Positions 1-8,939 are shown, numbered from the stretch's first letter. The stretch: DNA of 64,000 nucleotides from a virus (IMGVR_UViG_3300028603_000019:67877-131876); one strand, 5' to 3'. The notes: a model not told the origin generated them from the letters alone. Translations and numbers: made by a program.

Positions 1-445
1 CGAAGGAGTAACCGACTTCAGCAAAGGCACCGACACGAGGAGCAAGGGTAGCTTCTACGCCAGCGACCGGAGTTACAAAGAAGTCACCATTGGAGAATGA
101 ACCGGAAGCGAACAGGTAGTCACCAGATACGGATCCGAATACGGAAACACGCTCGGCAACAGGAGCATCCACTCGATATTCAAGGCCGACGAGACCATAG
201 TCTGCACCAGCATAGACATAACCGACTTTGGCACGGAAGTGACCTTCGCCGAAAGAAAGGTTGTGGGTGCCGAAGCGGACGGATGCAGTGAGGGCATCAA
301 GACCGTTGCCGGTTCCTTCGGCCTGGAACCGAAGATCGCCAACGTTGACGGTTGTGGTAAGAACAGTGTCGCTCCAGTCATAGGCAAGAGCAGGAGCGGC
401 GGTCAGTGCCAAGACGGCAGCACTAGTGAGCATTAGATTCTTCAT
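1..445 (-). CDS. Outer-membrane beta-barrel protein (Omp25/RopB/OmpA-like), 5'-partial in window
   Basis: Minus-strand ATG at 445. Translation MKNLMLTSAAVLALTAAPALA|YDW... has a signal peptide with an AXA cleavage site, then alternating aromatic/Gly-rich beta-strand sequence ending ...AEVGYSF. The ORF runs off the window start, so it is absent from the ORF track. Confidence 0.5.
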   Translation of the reverse strand, partial: MKNLMLTSAAVLALTAAPALAYDWSDTVLTTTVNVGDLRFQAEGTGNGLDALTASVRFGTHNLSFGEGHFRAKVGYVYAGADYGLVGLEYRVDAPVAERVSVFGSVSGDYLFASGSFSNGDFFVTPVAGVEATLAPRVGAFAEVGYSF

Positions 446-512
446 GGTATTCCTTTTCACATGTGTAAGGTTTGGTTTGGAAGATGCATCTTCCACATTT
501 GATCGGGATTGA

Positions 513-833
513 TCAAATTCTTTTGAGAGCATCGAGCGTGCTCTTTGTGTCTCGGTATTGTCCATGTTGGTACCAATACGAAAGTAGGAGATTCTTGTTC
601 AAGATGATCCATTCTTTCAAAGGTTTCATCTCGGTGTCGGAAATATTGTCATATCCCGAGCCGAAAATTTCGGGTTCTTCCTCGATTGACATCAGCATAT
701 CAGGACTTCCACCTTTTCGTTCGATTATGATATGCGGACGCTTTTCTGAAGAACCCCATCCTTCCAAAATCCAGATCCATCTTGAAAGGCCCGTGTGTTT
801 CGGATGGACATTTGCCATGTGGTATGCGGACAT
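513..833 (-). CDS. hypothetical protein
   Basis: 106-aa ORF filling the gap between flanking minus-strand genes. Confidence 0.3.
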   Translation of the reverse strand: MSAYHMANVHPKHTGLSRWIWILEGWGSSEKRPHIIIERKGGSPDMLMSIEEEPEIFGSGYDNISDTEMKPLKEWIILNKNLLLSYWYQHGQYRDTKSTLDALKRI

Positions 834-836
834 TGA

Positions 837-1322
837 TCAGCCCCTGTGAGCCATGTGATCTGCCGAGAACGAAGCGGCGAATGCGTCCGGCTTCAACTTG
901 ATTTGATCCTCGGCTACTCCAGTTACCCCGAGGATATATCCTGCTGCTTGAGTCGCGACACAGTTGGATCCATGGATCGGATCGGTGTTCACGTCCACGT
1001 GCAATTCAATATCATAGCAGTCGATGAACGGAGCCAATTGAACATATAGCTCGCAGGTCTTCATGACCTCATTCATCAGCCGCATGGACGGACGATCCTT
1101 GCGGACATCATAGTCCGGCTCAATGGAGCGATGAGTGAACACCCTGCATCCGTTGGCTCCGTTCATGTGCACGACACAAACGGATGCATACTTGGCATGC
1201 CAGCGTCCATCTTTCTTGAACCGAACGGAATCGGTTCCCATGTAGATTTTCGTGTTTTCATCTAGACCATATAGCAGGTCGATGAGGTCTTTGATTTGAT
1301 CTTCGGTGAACATGAGTGTCAC
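837..1322 (-). CDS. DUF458/YkuK-like RNase H-fold protein
   Basis: 161 aa; motif pattern GTDS...CVVH...D similar to the DUF458 family. Recalled family similarity only. Confidence 0.4.
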   Translation of the reverse strand: MTLMFTEDQIKDLIDLLYGLDENTKIYMGTDSVRFKKDGRWHAKYASVCVVHMNGANGCRVFTHRSIEPDYDVRKDRPSMRLMNEVMKTCELYVQLAPFIDCYDIELHVDVNTDPIHGSNCVATQAAGYILGVTGVAEDQIKLKPDAFAASFSADHMAHRG

Positions 1323-1975
1323 ACAAATTCATGGATCCCGACAGGACCACGAACTCCCTTTTCATATTGGGCAATTACCAGGCGGCCGTATTTAAATGCT
1401 CCACAGTCCAGATTTATCCGATTCGGTGCACGGACGGGACCGTCCTTTTCGATAGTGTGTCCGTGCGTCAAGAAGTAGCCACCCGGAGCTTCAAATGGTT
1501 CTTCCGATCCTTTTCTCGTCCAGCAGGCAGTGTGCCTTGTCGGATTAGGACCCCACCAAGCATGGGCAAAGATATTTAGCTCGTCCTCGAGATGATAAAG
1601 AGGAAGATGATACATCCACTCTATAAGCTGTTGCGGTATCAGATCATGAACCTGGTCATATTGTAGCGGTGGATCAAATTCTCCGAGACCGGCCAGATTC
1701 TTGAAGGTGTTGAAATCATAGAACCTGGTCTTGGACAGGTAGTTCTGGACGAACAATTCCTCGTGGTTTCCGGTGAGGGCAATGAATTCCCAACCTTCTG
1801 GTGGGTTCATCACCGTCAGGAGAACTTCCCTGGAATCTGGCCCGCGGTCGATGTAGTCACCCGTGAAGATGATCTTCCCGCCGCCTGGATTTCCCCGGTA
1901 GATGAAATTCAGGGCTTTGTCCAGGAGATCCTTTCGCCCGTGAATATCCGGGATTGCATAATAGGTGGAACTCAT
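1319..1975 (-). CDS. Ser/Thr protein phosphatase (lambda PPase-like metallophosphoesterase)
   Basis: Motifs DIHG, GDYIDRG and GNHE in canonical order; 218 aa. Confidence 0.7.
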   Translation of the reverse strand: MSSTYYAIPDIHGRKDLLDKALNFIYRGNPGGGKIIFTGDYIDRGPDSREVLLTVMNPPEGWEFIALTGNHEELFVQNYLSKTRFYDFNTFKNLAGLGEFDPPLQYDQVHDLIPQQLIEWMYHLPLYHLEDELNIFAHAWWGPNPTRHTACWTRKGSEEPFEAPGGYFLTHGHTIEKDGPVRAPNRINLDCGAFKYGRLVIAQYEKGVRGPVGIHEFV

Positions 1976-2094
1976 ATCTTCAACTTTTTCATGTTGATGC
2001 GAATTTCATCTCAATATTCAAAAATTTCATCTTCTTGAAAGATTCTTCCCGCGCGCCCCATCCTATCCTTAAAAAAATTCACCGTAGCGCACGA

Positions 2095-2316
2095 TCACAA
2101 ATTGCATTGAAATTCTTCCACTTCTCCGATCGCCCGAACACGAACACTAATTTCATAAAGCTCCCCGTTTAGGGAGTAATTCTTGAGGATGCTCCTGATC
2201 ACATATTGAATAGTCTGATGGATCAACCAATCCCCGGCGACATAGTTGGGTTCTGTCTTGACGGAAGTTGATCCGAGGAACTTCTTTGTTCCTTCTTCAT
2301 AGAGTCTCACCATCAT
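2095..2316 (-). CDS. hypothetical protein
   Basis: 73-aa ORF on the coding strand. Confidence 0.3.
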   Translation of the reverse strand: MMVRLYEEGTKKFLGSTSVKTEPNYVAGDWLIHQTIQYVIRSILKNYSLNGELYEISVRVRAIGEVEEFQCNL

Positions 2317-2337
2317 GCGCTTACTTGGTCTCCGAAA

Positions 2338-2454
2338 TTATTTTTGCCCAATCCGCAAGGCTTGTTTCTTTCTCGGGGCTTCCATGATGACATCCGCGAG
2401 ATTCTGATAGGCATCAGGATTAGGCTTCTTCCGCGGTGGCAGTTCTTTCTTCAT
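2338..2454 (-). CDS. small basic hypothetical protein (38 aa)
   Basis: ATG overlaps the stop of the upstream gene (ATGA). MKKELPPRKKPNPDAYQNLADVIMEAPRKKQALRIGQK. Below the ORF-track length cutoff. Confidence 0.3.
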   Translation of the reverse strand: MKKELPPRKKPNPDAYQNLADVIMEAPRKKQALRIGQK

Positions 2455-2999
2455 GGCATGATCCTTGCTACTGTGACGTGTCCGGTAAACGGAATTCCCT
2501 TGTTACTCTCCCACTTGAGACCGAACATCTTTCGAAGCTGGACGAACTCCGGAAAATCAGTCTTCACAAAGAAGAAGGCATCTGTTCCGTCCCTCTCAAA
2601 GGAAGTCTGTCTGATCAACGGAGAATACCGGAACCTCACCGTCTTGCCGTGCATGTCTTTCCCCCACCGATCAATGTTCTTCCGCGGTTTCTCTCCACGA
2701 ATGATCGAGATATGAGGTTTATGGGGCGGTCGATGATATTCCCGTTTTACCGAAGAATGGTCGATGTGGTACCAGCTTTTCTCCAGGTGCCAGCGATAGT
2801 AGCGGGCAAAATCTTCGGAGACTTCCAGAATACACCACCAATCCGTGTTACGCTTGAGGGATCGCTTCGGATTATAGATGATTCTCCCGTAGGATTCCAG
2901 GGGGAGATCCATGGTGAAGTTTCCTTGTATTGGCGGAGCCGGTCGAGCACGATTCGAATTCCCGTGGGGAACCTCCTGATTTCCAATCAGGGACGCCAA
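2451..2999 (-). CDS. 2H phosphoesterase superfamily protein (LigT/Acb1-like)
   Basis: Two H-x-[ST]-x motifs (PHISII and GHVTVA) about 80 residues apart; 182 aa, the size of LigT. Confidence 0.5.
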   Translation of the reverse strand: MASLIGNQEVPHGNSNRARPAPPIQGNFTMDLPLESYGRIIYNPKRSLKRNTDWWCILEVSEDFARYYRWHLEKSWYHIDHSSVKREYHRPPHKPHISIIRGEKPRKNIDRWGKDMHGKTVRFRYSPLIRQTSFERDGTDAFFFVKTDFPEFVQLRKMFGLKWESNKGIPFTGHVTVARIMP

Positions 3000-3042
3000 C
3001 CTTGACGCTTCTCAGCTCCGAAGTGGTATATTTAGCTGTAGT

Positions 3043-3291
3043 TTAACTCGTTTTGTCTAGTAGGTCAACCCCTGAGGAAGACAAAATCAGATTCATATTC
3101 TCGTCGAGAACAATATATCCCAAAGATATTGCTTCCGCGAGGACCAGTTCCACTTCTGTCCGACTCACGTCGTTGTTATCAATGATGTCCTCGACCAGCA
3201 CTGCCGCAGTCACATTTTCCCAATTCCAAAGCCACTCCAAGGAATCTAGGAGAAGGATCATGATGTTATTGGCGCTCATTGGCATACCCAT
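3043..3291 (-). CDS. hypothetical acidic protein
   Basis: 82-aa ORF. Confidence 0.3.
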   Translation of the reverse strand: MGMPMSANNIMILLLDSLEWLWNWENVTAAVLVEDIIDNNDVSRTEVELVLAEAISLGYIVLDENMNLILSSSGVDLLDKTS

Positions 3292-3659
3292 TCTGTAGTG
3301 TGTCCAACTGTTCGATAATGGCGTTTTGGTCCCTGATTGGAAGCGATGCTACCACCGATTAGGGCTCCGGCAACTGTAGCTGCCGTCCTTCCACTTCCTT
3401 TGCCGACCTGATTTCCTATCGCTGCACCGACTATGGTTCCGACAATCACCTGATCCGAACTCACCGTTCCCGGCGACATGTAATATTCCTGATAGATCGG
3501 AACGGAGACCCAAGAGCAGATTGGCTGCCGGACTGCAACAAGAGGTGGAGATTGAACAACTACGGGACGCGGTGCTGTTGTGCGATGAACAACGACATGT
3601 TCGGTGCAGGCACCAAGTGCCAGGATGGACACCGCTGCAAGGATAGGAAGTGTTTTCAT
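3276..3659 (-). CDS. glycine-zipper lipoprotein (SlyB/Pcp-like)
   Basis: Lipobox ILALGAC; GxxxG-rich segment GTIVGAAIGNQVGKGSGRTAATVAGALIGGSIA. Confidence 0.5.
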   Translation of the reverse strand: MKTLPILAAVSILALGACTEHVVVHRTTAPRPVVVQSPPLVAVRQPICSWVSVPIYQEYYMSPGTVSSDQVIVGTIVGAAIGNQVGKGSGRTAATVAGALIGGSIASNQGPKRHYRTVGHTTEWVCQ

Positions 3660-4081
3660 TCGTCTTGATCTCCTAGATAGATCATTAGTTCTGGATCATT
3701 TTCTTCCAGACGCTTTCTAAATTCAACGAGATTGAATGAACCGGAACCAATCGCGACTACATATCCTCCGCCCGCCCGTTTGAAAAGTAACTGTCTTCCC
3801 AAAAGTTCATGAAGAATTTTGAAATAACGGACCTCGGTGACATAATTCAGAAGAACAAAGCGCCTCTTTGTCCAGATTTGATGAACAATCAGTTGAATTT
3901 CCAAAAACTCAACGATGGTATCATATTCTCCCTTGGCCAACCTGATCCGGTAATAATCTCCCTGTCTCCAGATGTGAAACCTATGATCGCTGGTTAGTGA
4001 GTCCCAGACTTCAATACATGGAAGATCAATTGTCCGTTCCGCAACACCATTTCTTCCAAGATTGGGCAGATAGGCTTTCAC
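3656..4081 (-). CDS. hypothetical protein
   Basis: 141-aa ORF; possible degenerate GSxN motif, no confident family. Confidence 0.35.
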   Translation of the reverse strand: MKAYLPNLGRNGVAERTIDLPCIEVWDSLTSDHRFHIWRQGDYYRIRLAKGEYDTIVEFLEIQLIVHQIWTKRRFVLLNYVTEVRYFKILHELLGRQLLFKRAGGGYVVAIGSGSFNLVEFRKRLEENDPELMIYLGDQDE

Positions 4082-4494
4082 TGTCTCTCCTCAATTCGAT
4101 CCTCATACCATGACAGGAGAACTGATTGAATATATGAAGTCGTATGCGGCTTCTTGATATTCTCCAGAGACAGAGTCGGGGCAATCCTCTCGGAGAAATA
4201 CAGGGAGGAGCCGTCGTGGTAGCATGGCCCGTTGAGAAGCCAACAGTGTTCTTGAGAAACTTCTTGATTTTCATACACGGGCTTCTTCCAGTGACACTCA
4301 ACTCCACCATAGAATTGACTTCCGTGCATGTGCCTCGTCAGAGAATCCTCTGGGAGAAGCTGTGCCCAAATATGAACGCCACCATCAGGGCCTACAAGAG
4401 ACCATGTGTATCTGGATTTTTCGGCATCTTCTTCAAAGCCCAATTGCATGTTCAAGTGTCCTTCAGTTTTGCGAATCCATGGTGAGTCGAACAC
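4078..4494 (-). CDS. hypothetical protein (non-ATG start)
   Basis: 138-aa ORF, probable GTG start. Confidence 0.3.
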   Translation of the reverse strand: MFDSPWIRKTEGHLNMQLGFEEDAEKSRYTWSLVGPDGGVHIWAQLLPEDSLTRHMHGSQFYGGVECHWKKPVYENQEVSQEHCWLLNGPCYHDGSSLYFSERIAPTLSLENIKKPHTTSYIQSVLLSWYEDRIEERQ

Positions 4495-4556
4495 CTTACC
4501 AGCCGCTTAAAAGGCGGTTACAGCTCCGAGCTGCTTTCGGTTATGGATCCCAAAAT

Positions 4557-4632
4557 AATGGTAGCCCGACGGGGAATTGAACCCCGGTTTCAAGAATGAA
4601 AATCTTGCGTCCTAGTCCACTAGACGACCGGG
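4557..4632 (-). tRNA. tRNA-Glu (anticodon UUC)
   Basis: Hand-folded cloverleaf: acceptor GGCCCGG/TCGGGCU, D-arm GUCUAGUGGACUAGGAC (close to E. coli tRNA-Glu), anticodon stem CAAGA/UCUUG with loop UUUUCAU, T-arm CGGGG-UUCAAUU-CCCCG; CCA encoded. Confidence 0.7.
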
Positions 4633-4641
4633 CCATTATTT

Positions 4642-4724
4642 CGAGTCACGAGCGAGAATCGAACTCGCTACCTTGCGGTGCCTGGGATTTGCAATCCCGC
4701 CCCTTTCCATCCGGGCCCCGTGAC
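4642..4724 (-). tRNA. tRNA-like gene, atypical: apparent anticodon GCA, 16-nt variable region, no encoded CCA
   Basis: Acceptor GUCACGG/UCGUGAC, T-arm GCGAG-UUCGAUU-CUCGC, anticodon stem CGGGA/UCCCA with loop UUGCAAA; about 83 nt. Confidence 0.45.
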
Positions 4725-4730
4725 ATGTTT

Positions 4731-4806
4731 TGGAGGATCGAGTGGGATTTGAACCCACGTTGTCGAGGATTAAGAGTCCTCCGCTACGCCTCTCAGCTAC
4801 CGATCC
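4731..4806 (-). tRNA. tRNA-Lys (anticodon CUU), tentative
   Basis: Acceptor GGAUCGG/UCGAUCC, anticodon stem GAGGA/UCCUC with loop CUCUUAA, T-arm GUGGG-UUCAAAU-CCCAC; CCA encoded. Confidence 0.55.
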
Positions 4807-4807
4807 A

Positions 4808-4881
4808 TGGTAGTCCCGGGCAGAATCGAACTGCCGTCTAAGCCTTATCAGGGCTTTGCTCTCCCATTGAGCTACGGGACT
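4808..4881 (-). tRNA. tRNA-Ile (anticodon GAU)
   Basis: Acceptor AGUCCCG/CGGGACU, anticodon stem AAGCC/GGCUU with loop CUGAUAA, T-arm GGCAG-UUCGAUU-CUGCC; CCA encoded. Confidence 0.65.
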
Positions 4882-4905
4882 GTTGTGGTATTGAAAACCA
4901 CGATG

Positions 4906-4980
4906 TGGTAGTTCCTGTCCGACTTGAACGGACAATTTCCCTTGATGAGAGGGATGTGATGCCGATTTCACCAAGGAACT
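4906..4980 (-). tRNA. tRNA with CAU anticodon (Met, or Ile2 if lysidinylated)
   Basis: Acceptor AGUUCCU/AGGAACU, D-stem GUGA/UCAC, anticodon stem UCCCU/AGGGA with loop CUCAUCA, T-arm GUCCG-UUCAAGU-CGGAC; CCA encoded. Confidence 0.65.
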
Positions 4981-5017
4981 AATGAAAAGCCCTCCCGAAT
5001 TTCTCCGAGAGGGCTTT
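4981..5017 (-). terminator. putative intrinsic terminator (minus strand)
   Basis: 9-bp perfect stem AAAGCCCUC/GAGGGCUUU followed on the minus strand by UUUUCAUU. Confidence 0.4.
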
Positions 5018-5201
5018 GAAATCTAGGTGATGAAGTATAGGTTCACCTGGTCTCAGAAGCCCTCCTGAAACATGATAATCTCTTCGGATTTGGAACACTT
5101 GAACTTCATCGGTCTTTCTCTTCAGCTATTGTCTTTTATTTAGTCGCGAAGACGCAGTTTATGTCAGCGAATCGGCAACTTTTCTTTCTTGAAGCTAAAT
5201 T

Positions 5202-5444
5202 TTATACCGATTCGTCGGTCGTGTCAACCCGAAAGGTGGATTTCTTTCCATATTTCTCCTTAAATTCTGTCTCCAGTCTATCAATCTCGTCCTTAATTGC
5301 GGGATGGTCCTCTGGGAGGTGATCTTTGACAACCCCATAGAAATAGACCATCGTGATATCGTCTTCGAGTTGTTCTTTGGCTCGTTTCCATTCTTCCACG
5401 GAATTCTTACGAATATCCAATTCACGTTTCTCGGATTGTGTCAA
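5202..5444 (-). CDS. hypothetical protein
   Basis: 80-aa ORF. Confidence 0.35.
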   Translation of the reverse strand: MTQSEKRELDIRKNSVEEWKRAKEQLEDDITMVYFYGVVKDHLPEDHPAIKDEIDRLETEFKEKYGKKSTFRVDTTDESV

Positions 5445-5594
5445 AAATCCGCAGCCTTGGGGTTGTTCATCGCATAAGTTATTGGATCCTTTCCGGCTTC
5501 CCGATATTCAGCGATGCGGTGCCTTGCACGTCTCTTGGCTTCAATTCGTCGATTAATCTTTCTTTCGACGCGTTCTTGCTTAGTTTCTACCCTC
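5441..5594 (-). CDS. small basic hypothetical protein (possible GTG start)
   Basis: The track ORF 5441..5791 overlaps the upstream gene by 211 nt. GGAGAGG-GAC-GTG at about 5594 gives a 51-aa Arg/Lys-rich product. Confidence 0.2.
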
Positions 5595-6227
5595 TTCACG
5601 TCCTCTCCTCTCCAATTCCGCGACCAGAAGTGCCGCCGCTTGAACAAGATCTTGATTTGATGCCTCGCCCATGACAGGAACACACTCTCCTGACCAGACA
5701 TATTTGTTGAAGTGTCCGTGACCTTGAGCCAGATTGACGGCAGCGGCGACCAACTCTCCTCGCTTATGATAGGCATCATGTTCGGAATCATACTTCTCCC
5801 GCTGTCTGTGCCTTTCGTTAATTACATGAAGCAGAGATTCGGACACTTCCATTTGATGAGTCGCAATCGGCTCGATAAACTTAATGTCATCATAGTGATC
5901 AGCGAGTTTTGCAAGCGTCGTGTTGACCCAATTTGTGCAGGTGAACATCGTGTTGCCGGCATCATCTTGGGTGAAGATTGCAAGGGAACTTCCTCCAGAA
6001 ATCCATTCGATCTTGTACAGGCCAAGCTCGTAGCGAATATTCTTGAGGGGATTTGATGTGACGGTACTAATCTGATCAAAACTGGTCAACAGAAAGGGTT
6101 CCTTTCCCTCAAGGCACACAAAATAGTAGCCTTTGAATTCATCAATCCTTCCGCGCTCCCATTTCATGCCCACCTTGATCCAGTAGTCTCCCGGTCCACG
6201 AAAAATTTCTGTCATTCTTGTCCTCAA
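5580..6227 (-). CDS. hypothetical protein
   Basis: 215-aa ORF. Confidence 0.4.
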   Translation of the reverse strand: MRTRMTEIFRGPGDYWIKVGMKWERGRIDEFKGYYFVCLEGKEPFLLTSFDQISTVTSNPLKNIRYELGLYKIEWISGGSSLAIFTQDDAGNTMFTCTNWVNTTLAKLADHYDDIKFIEPIATHQMEVSESLLHVINERHRQREKYDSEHDAYHKRGELVAAAVNLAQGHGHFNKYVWSGECVPVMGEASNQDLVQAAALLVAELERRGREEGRN

Positions 6228-7534
6228 AGTTTGAGATTAATTGCTTCCGCGCACTCGGGTTTATTATACAGGTAGCCACCGGCGGTCATAAAGAATACCC
6301 ACTTCTGATATTCCGCTTCTTCCTTCCTGGTGATATTGGTATATTCGCCATCCGTCAGAACGATTACCGCATCTGCTTCATCTTTCTTGTAGTTGTTCTT
6401 GTAATGGCTCAACACCTGGAGAATATTGGTTCCATAACCAGGAGAAGTGTAGATCGGGGTATCACCTTTCATGTCTACCGCTTTTACGTAGTTTGCCCAA
6501 GCAAACACATCGACCTCGTATTTGGAATCAGGAAGGCCCATGATCAGGTTCATGAAAATGTTGCTGTATCTATCTACAGAACCACTTACGTCACAGTAGA
6601 TTACCAGATGATGTTTGCCGACCTTCTTGATCTCCTCTTGGTAGACCGGAAGATTCATCCCAGTGCCCATTAGCGGCAGATAGGATCTCCGGTTCATCGT
6701 ATACCAATTGGCAGTGATCTTGGGTCGGGGTTGCTTGCCACCAAATTTGGATGCCAACGTCACATTCAGATAATGGTCAAGTTTTTCCTTGGGGGTCTCT
6801 CGAACCACTTTCTTCTGCGTCTCTGGAGACGTATCCTGGTCGTTGAAACCTTTCCCAGGGGTGCTACCCCCATCCTCGATTTGGTCGTCTCCTGCGTCAC
6901 CTGGAGAAGCGCCAGAGATAGCTTCCTGAATGGCGGACACCGCCTTCTCGATTGCTTCCATCGTTTCAGCATCAACTTCAAGGAAGATGTGCTCGTCCAT
7001 GGAACCACCGAGAGATTGAGACAACTCGGGATCTTCCAGCAGTTTCATGTAGTAGTAGAAGAATGCCTTGCCACGCTCGATGGCGGCAGCCTTCTCCTTG
7101 AATACCGTGTTTACCGTGCAAGCGATATTCTGGAGAACGGGCATCAGAGACAGGGGATAATCCGGGAGGTATTGTTCCAGAATGATCTCATTAATCACGA
7201 TATCCATTGCCACGTTTAGCAGCTTCTGGTTCCGTTGCGCCTCTTCCAGGGATTGCATGAATTCCGTGCCCCGACTGCCATGGCGGAGCAACACGTGAAG
7301 GACCTCGTGGATGAACACGAACGTCTTTTCAACCTTTGTGAGTGAGTTCCAAAAATCCGGGTTGAACAGAAAATGGATATTCTTGTCGGAGCCTTCCTCA
7401 GCGAAGATAACCGCGGCGGTAGGGATAGAAGTGGAAAATGTGGGGAGCACCAGATCTTGAGCTACCTCGAAGAGGATGCTGGACTTCAGCTTCAAACTCG
7501 GATACACGTCCCGGATGATCTGTTCGTGGTCCAT
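6224..7534 (-). CDS. cobT: VWA-domain protein (CobT-like partner of a MoxR-type ATPase); contains an HExxH motif
   Basis: HLVIYCDVSGSV (VWA MIDAS-like motif); FIHEVLHVLLRHGSRG (HExxH); immediately downstream of an AAA+ ATPase gene. Confidence 0.55.
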   Translation of the reverse strand: MDHEQIIRDVYPSLKLKSSILFEVAQDLVLPTFSTSIPTAAVIFAEEGSDKNIHFLFNPDFWNSLTKVEKTFVFIHEVLHVLLRHGSRGTEFMQSLEEAQRNQKLLNVAMDIVINEIILEQYLPDYPLSLMPVLQNIACTVNTVFKEKAAAIERGKAFFYYYMKLLEDPELSQSLGGSMDEHIFLEVDAETMEAIEKAVSAIQEAISGASPGDAGDDQIEDGGSTPGKGFNDQDTSPETQKKVVRETPKEKLDHYLNVTLASKFGGKQPRPKITANWYTMNRRSYLPLMGTGMNLPVYQEEIKKVGKHHLVIYCDVSGSVDRYSNIFMNLIMGLPDSKYEVDVFAWANYVKAVDMKGDTPIYTSPGYGTNILQVLSHYKNNYKKDEADAVIVLTDGEYTNITRKEEAEYQKWVFFMTAGGYLYNKPECAEAINLKL

Positions 7535-7544
7535 GATTCCTATC

Positions 7545-8939
7545 CTACTTGTCGGTCAGAACACGGCGGGTGAATTCCTCGATTGAGAACCGCTTCTTGT
7601 AGGTCAAGACTTCTTTCACGAAAATCTTGTTCAGTTTCAGGAAGGAAACCATCATCCTGTTCGTGATCAACCTGTCCAGAATCTTGTGGATTTCCATCTC
7701 AGTGCGGAAATCCACGTCGGTCGCCTGGTTGAGCATGAACAGATTGGTGATGAACCAGTTCTGGACAATCTGTTGGCCATCAGATTCTTTTTCCCAAGAG
7801 CGGACCATATCCTGGATATACTTGGATGCCAGACCCATGGGAAATTTCATCGGTTGACCATAGATGACTTTCAGACAGTCCTTGTTTTTCACAGTCTGTG
7901 GTTCAAATTCAGCCGCAAAATCCCTCATGACTTCAAGAAGCCCCGAAGTGTTATAGGACGCGAACTTCAGAGTCCGTCGCGTCTGCCACTGCCCAACGAG
8001 CGCATCCTGCCCCATGCCCAGGTCACCCGCAGCGACCGTATTTGGATGGAGACCGTATTCCTTGGTGATATATTCTTGGATTTCCTCGTTCACGTGAACA
8101 ATGATATTCTTGAGAACCTGTTTCTTCCGGTCCTTCTTGAGCAATTTCTCGTTGGTCCGCAGCTTGTCCAGGGTGAAATATGACCGGATCATATCACGGT
8201 CACCGGAAGCGGAAACTTGCTTCATCTCCTCAAGGTTGCCCATCGTGTCCAGCACGAACTGAAGCTCATTCAAGGTCTGAATAGACGTGGAGAAATCGAG
8301 GATGTTGAATCCACGAAAGTAGCCCGCGAGGATATCGTCTAGTTTCCTTGGGGAACACTTGTCTTTGTTGGGTTCCCACCACTCTTTGACATGAAGGAAA
8401 GTTTCGGCTCCATACTTCTTCTCGAAATAGTCTTTGTTCAGGACATTCGGGAAATTGAGTTGGATTTGGAAGCGGTCTTTCTGTGCCGGATCCAGAGGAC
8501 GAGTGGAATACTGAGCGTCTGCATCATCGTCCGGATTTTCGGCGGCCCAGACCACTTTCAGGTGGGGGAACTTCCGGCCATTGATACTCTTGAATTGGAT
8601 CATTTCCATCAGGGCGTTCAGCGTCTTCGGATCGGCCCGGTTGATTTCGTCGAAGAACACTGCCTCGATTTCTTCGTCGCCGGAAAAGTGCTCGGGAGGA
8701 ATGATCCCGAATACTTCCTTGCCGTCGGGACGCGTGTAGTTTTTCGGAATGCCGATGACATCGACCCAGGGATCAAGAGTGGACGCACTGAAATACATCC
8801 ACTTCTCCCGATGGGCACCGAACACTTCTTCAAAGACCTTTTTGATCACGGCGGTCTTCCCGACACCATGCTTGCCGGTCATGATCACGTTGAGACCGGC
8901 CTTGGCATAGGTCTTCAGTGCCTTCGTGTCGATTGTCAT
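7545..8939 (-). CDS. cobS: MoxR/CobS-like AAA+ ATPase
   Basis: Walker A GKHGVGKT, Walker B VFFDEINRA; 464 aa. Confidence 0.65.
   Translation of the reverse strand: MTIDTKALKTYAKAGLNVIMTGKHGVGKTAVIKKVFEEVFGAHREKWMYFSASTLDPWVDVIGIPKNYTRPDGKEVFGIIPPEHFSGDEEIEAVFFDEINRADPKTLNALMEMIQFKSINGRKFPHLKVVWAAENPDDDADAQYSTRPLDPAQKDRFQIQLNFPNVLNKDYFEKKYGAETFLHVKEWWEPNKDKCSPRKLDDILAGYFRGFNILDFSTSIQTLNELQFVLDTMGNLEEMKQVSASGDRDMIRSYFTLDKLRTNEKLLKKDRKKQVLKNIIVHVNEEIQEYITKEYGLHPNTVAAGDLGMGQDALVGQWQTRRTLKFASYNTSGLLEVMRDFAAEFEPQTVKNKDCLKVIYGQPMKFPMGLASKYIQDMVRSWEKESDGQQIVQNWFITNLFMLNQATDVDFRTEMEIHKILDRLITNRMMVSFLKLNKIFVKEVLTYKKRFSIEEFTRRVLTDK

Noticed and set aside
2436-3005. Plus-strand ORFs in the track lying antisense to confident minus-strand genes (for example 2436..3005, 6218..6673, 7686..8183, 8391..8966, 38422..39063, 39134..40021, 25648..26247)
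   Set aside because: Each lies entirely antisense to a gene with recognisable motifs. None has a convincing RBS or family motif. The whole window is transcribed as minus-strand operons.
3656-4081. Phospholipase-D/Nuc-like HKD nuclease
   Set aside because: A GSGSFN segment resembles the GSxN part of the HKD motif, but no properly spaced HxK could be found. Left as hypothetical.
4479-4555. Possible sixth tRNA 5' of tRNA-Glu (TGG...GGTGTTCGACTCACCA)
   Set aside because: No room for an acceptor stem after the T-loop-like sequence. The region is the N-terminal coding sequence of gene 4078..4494.
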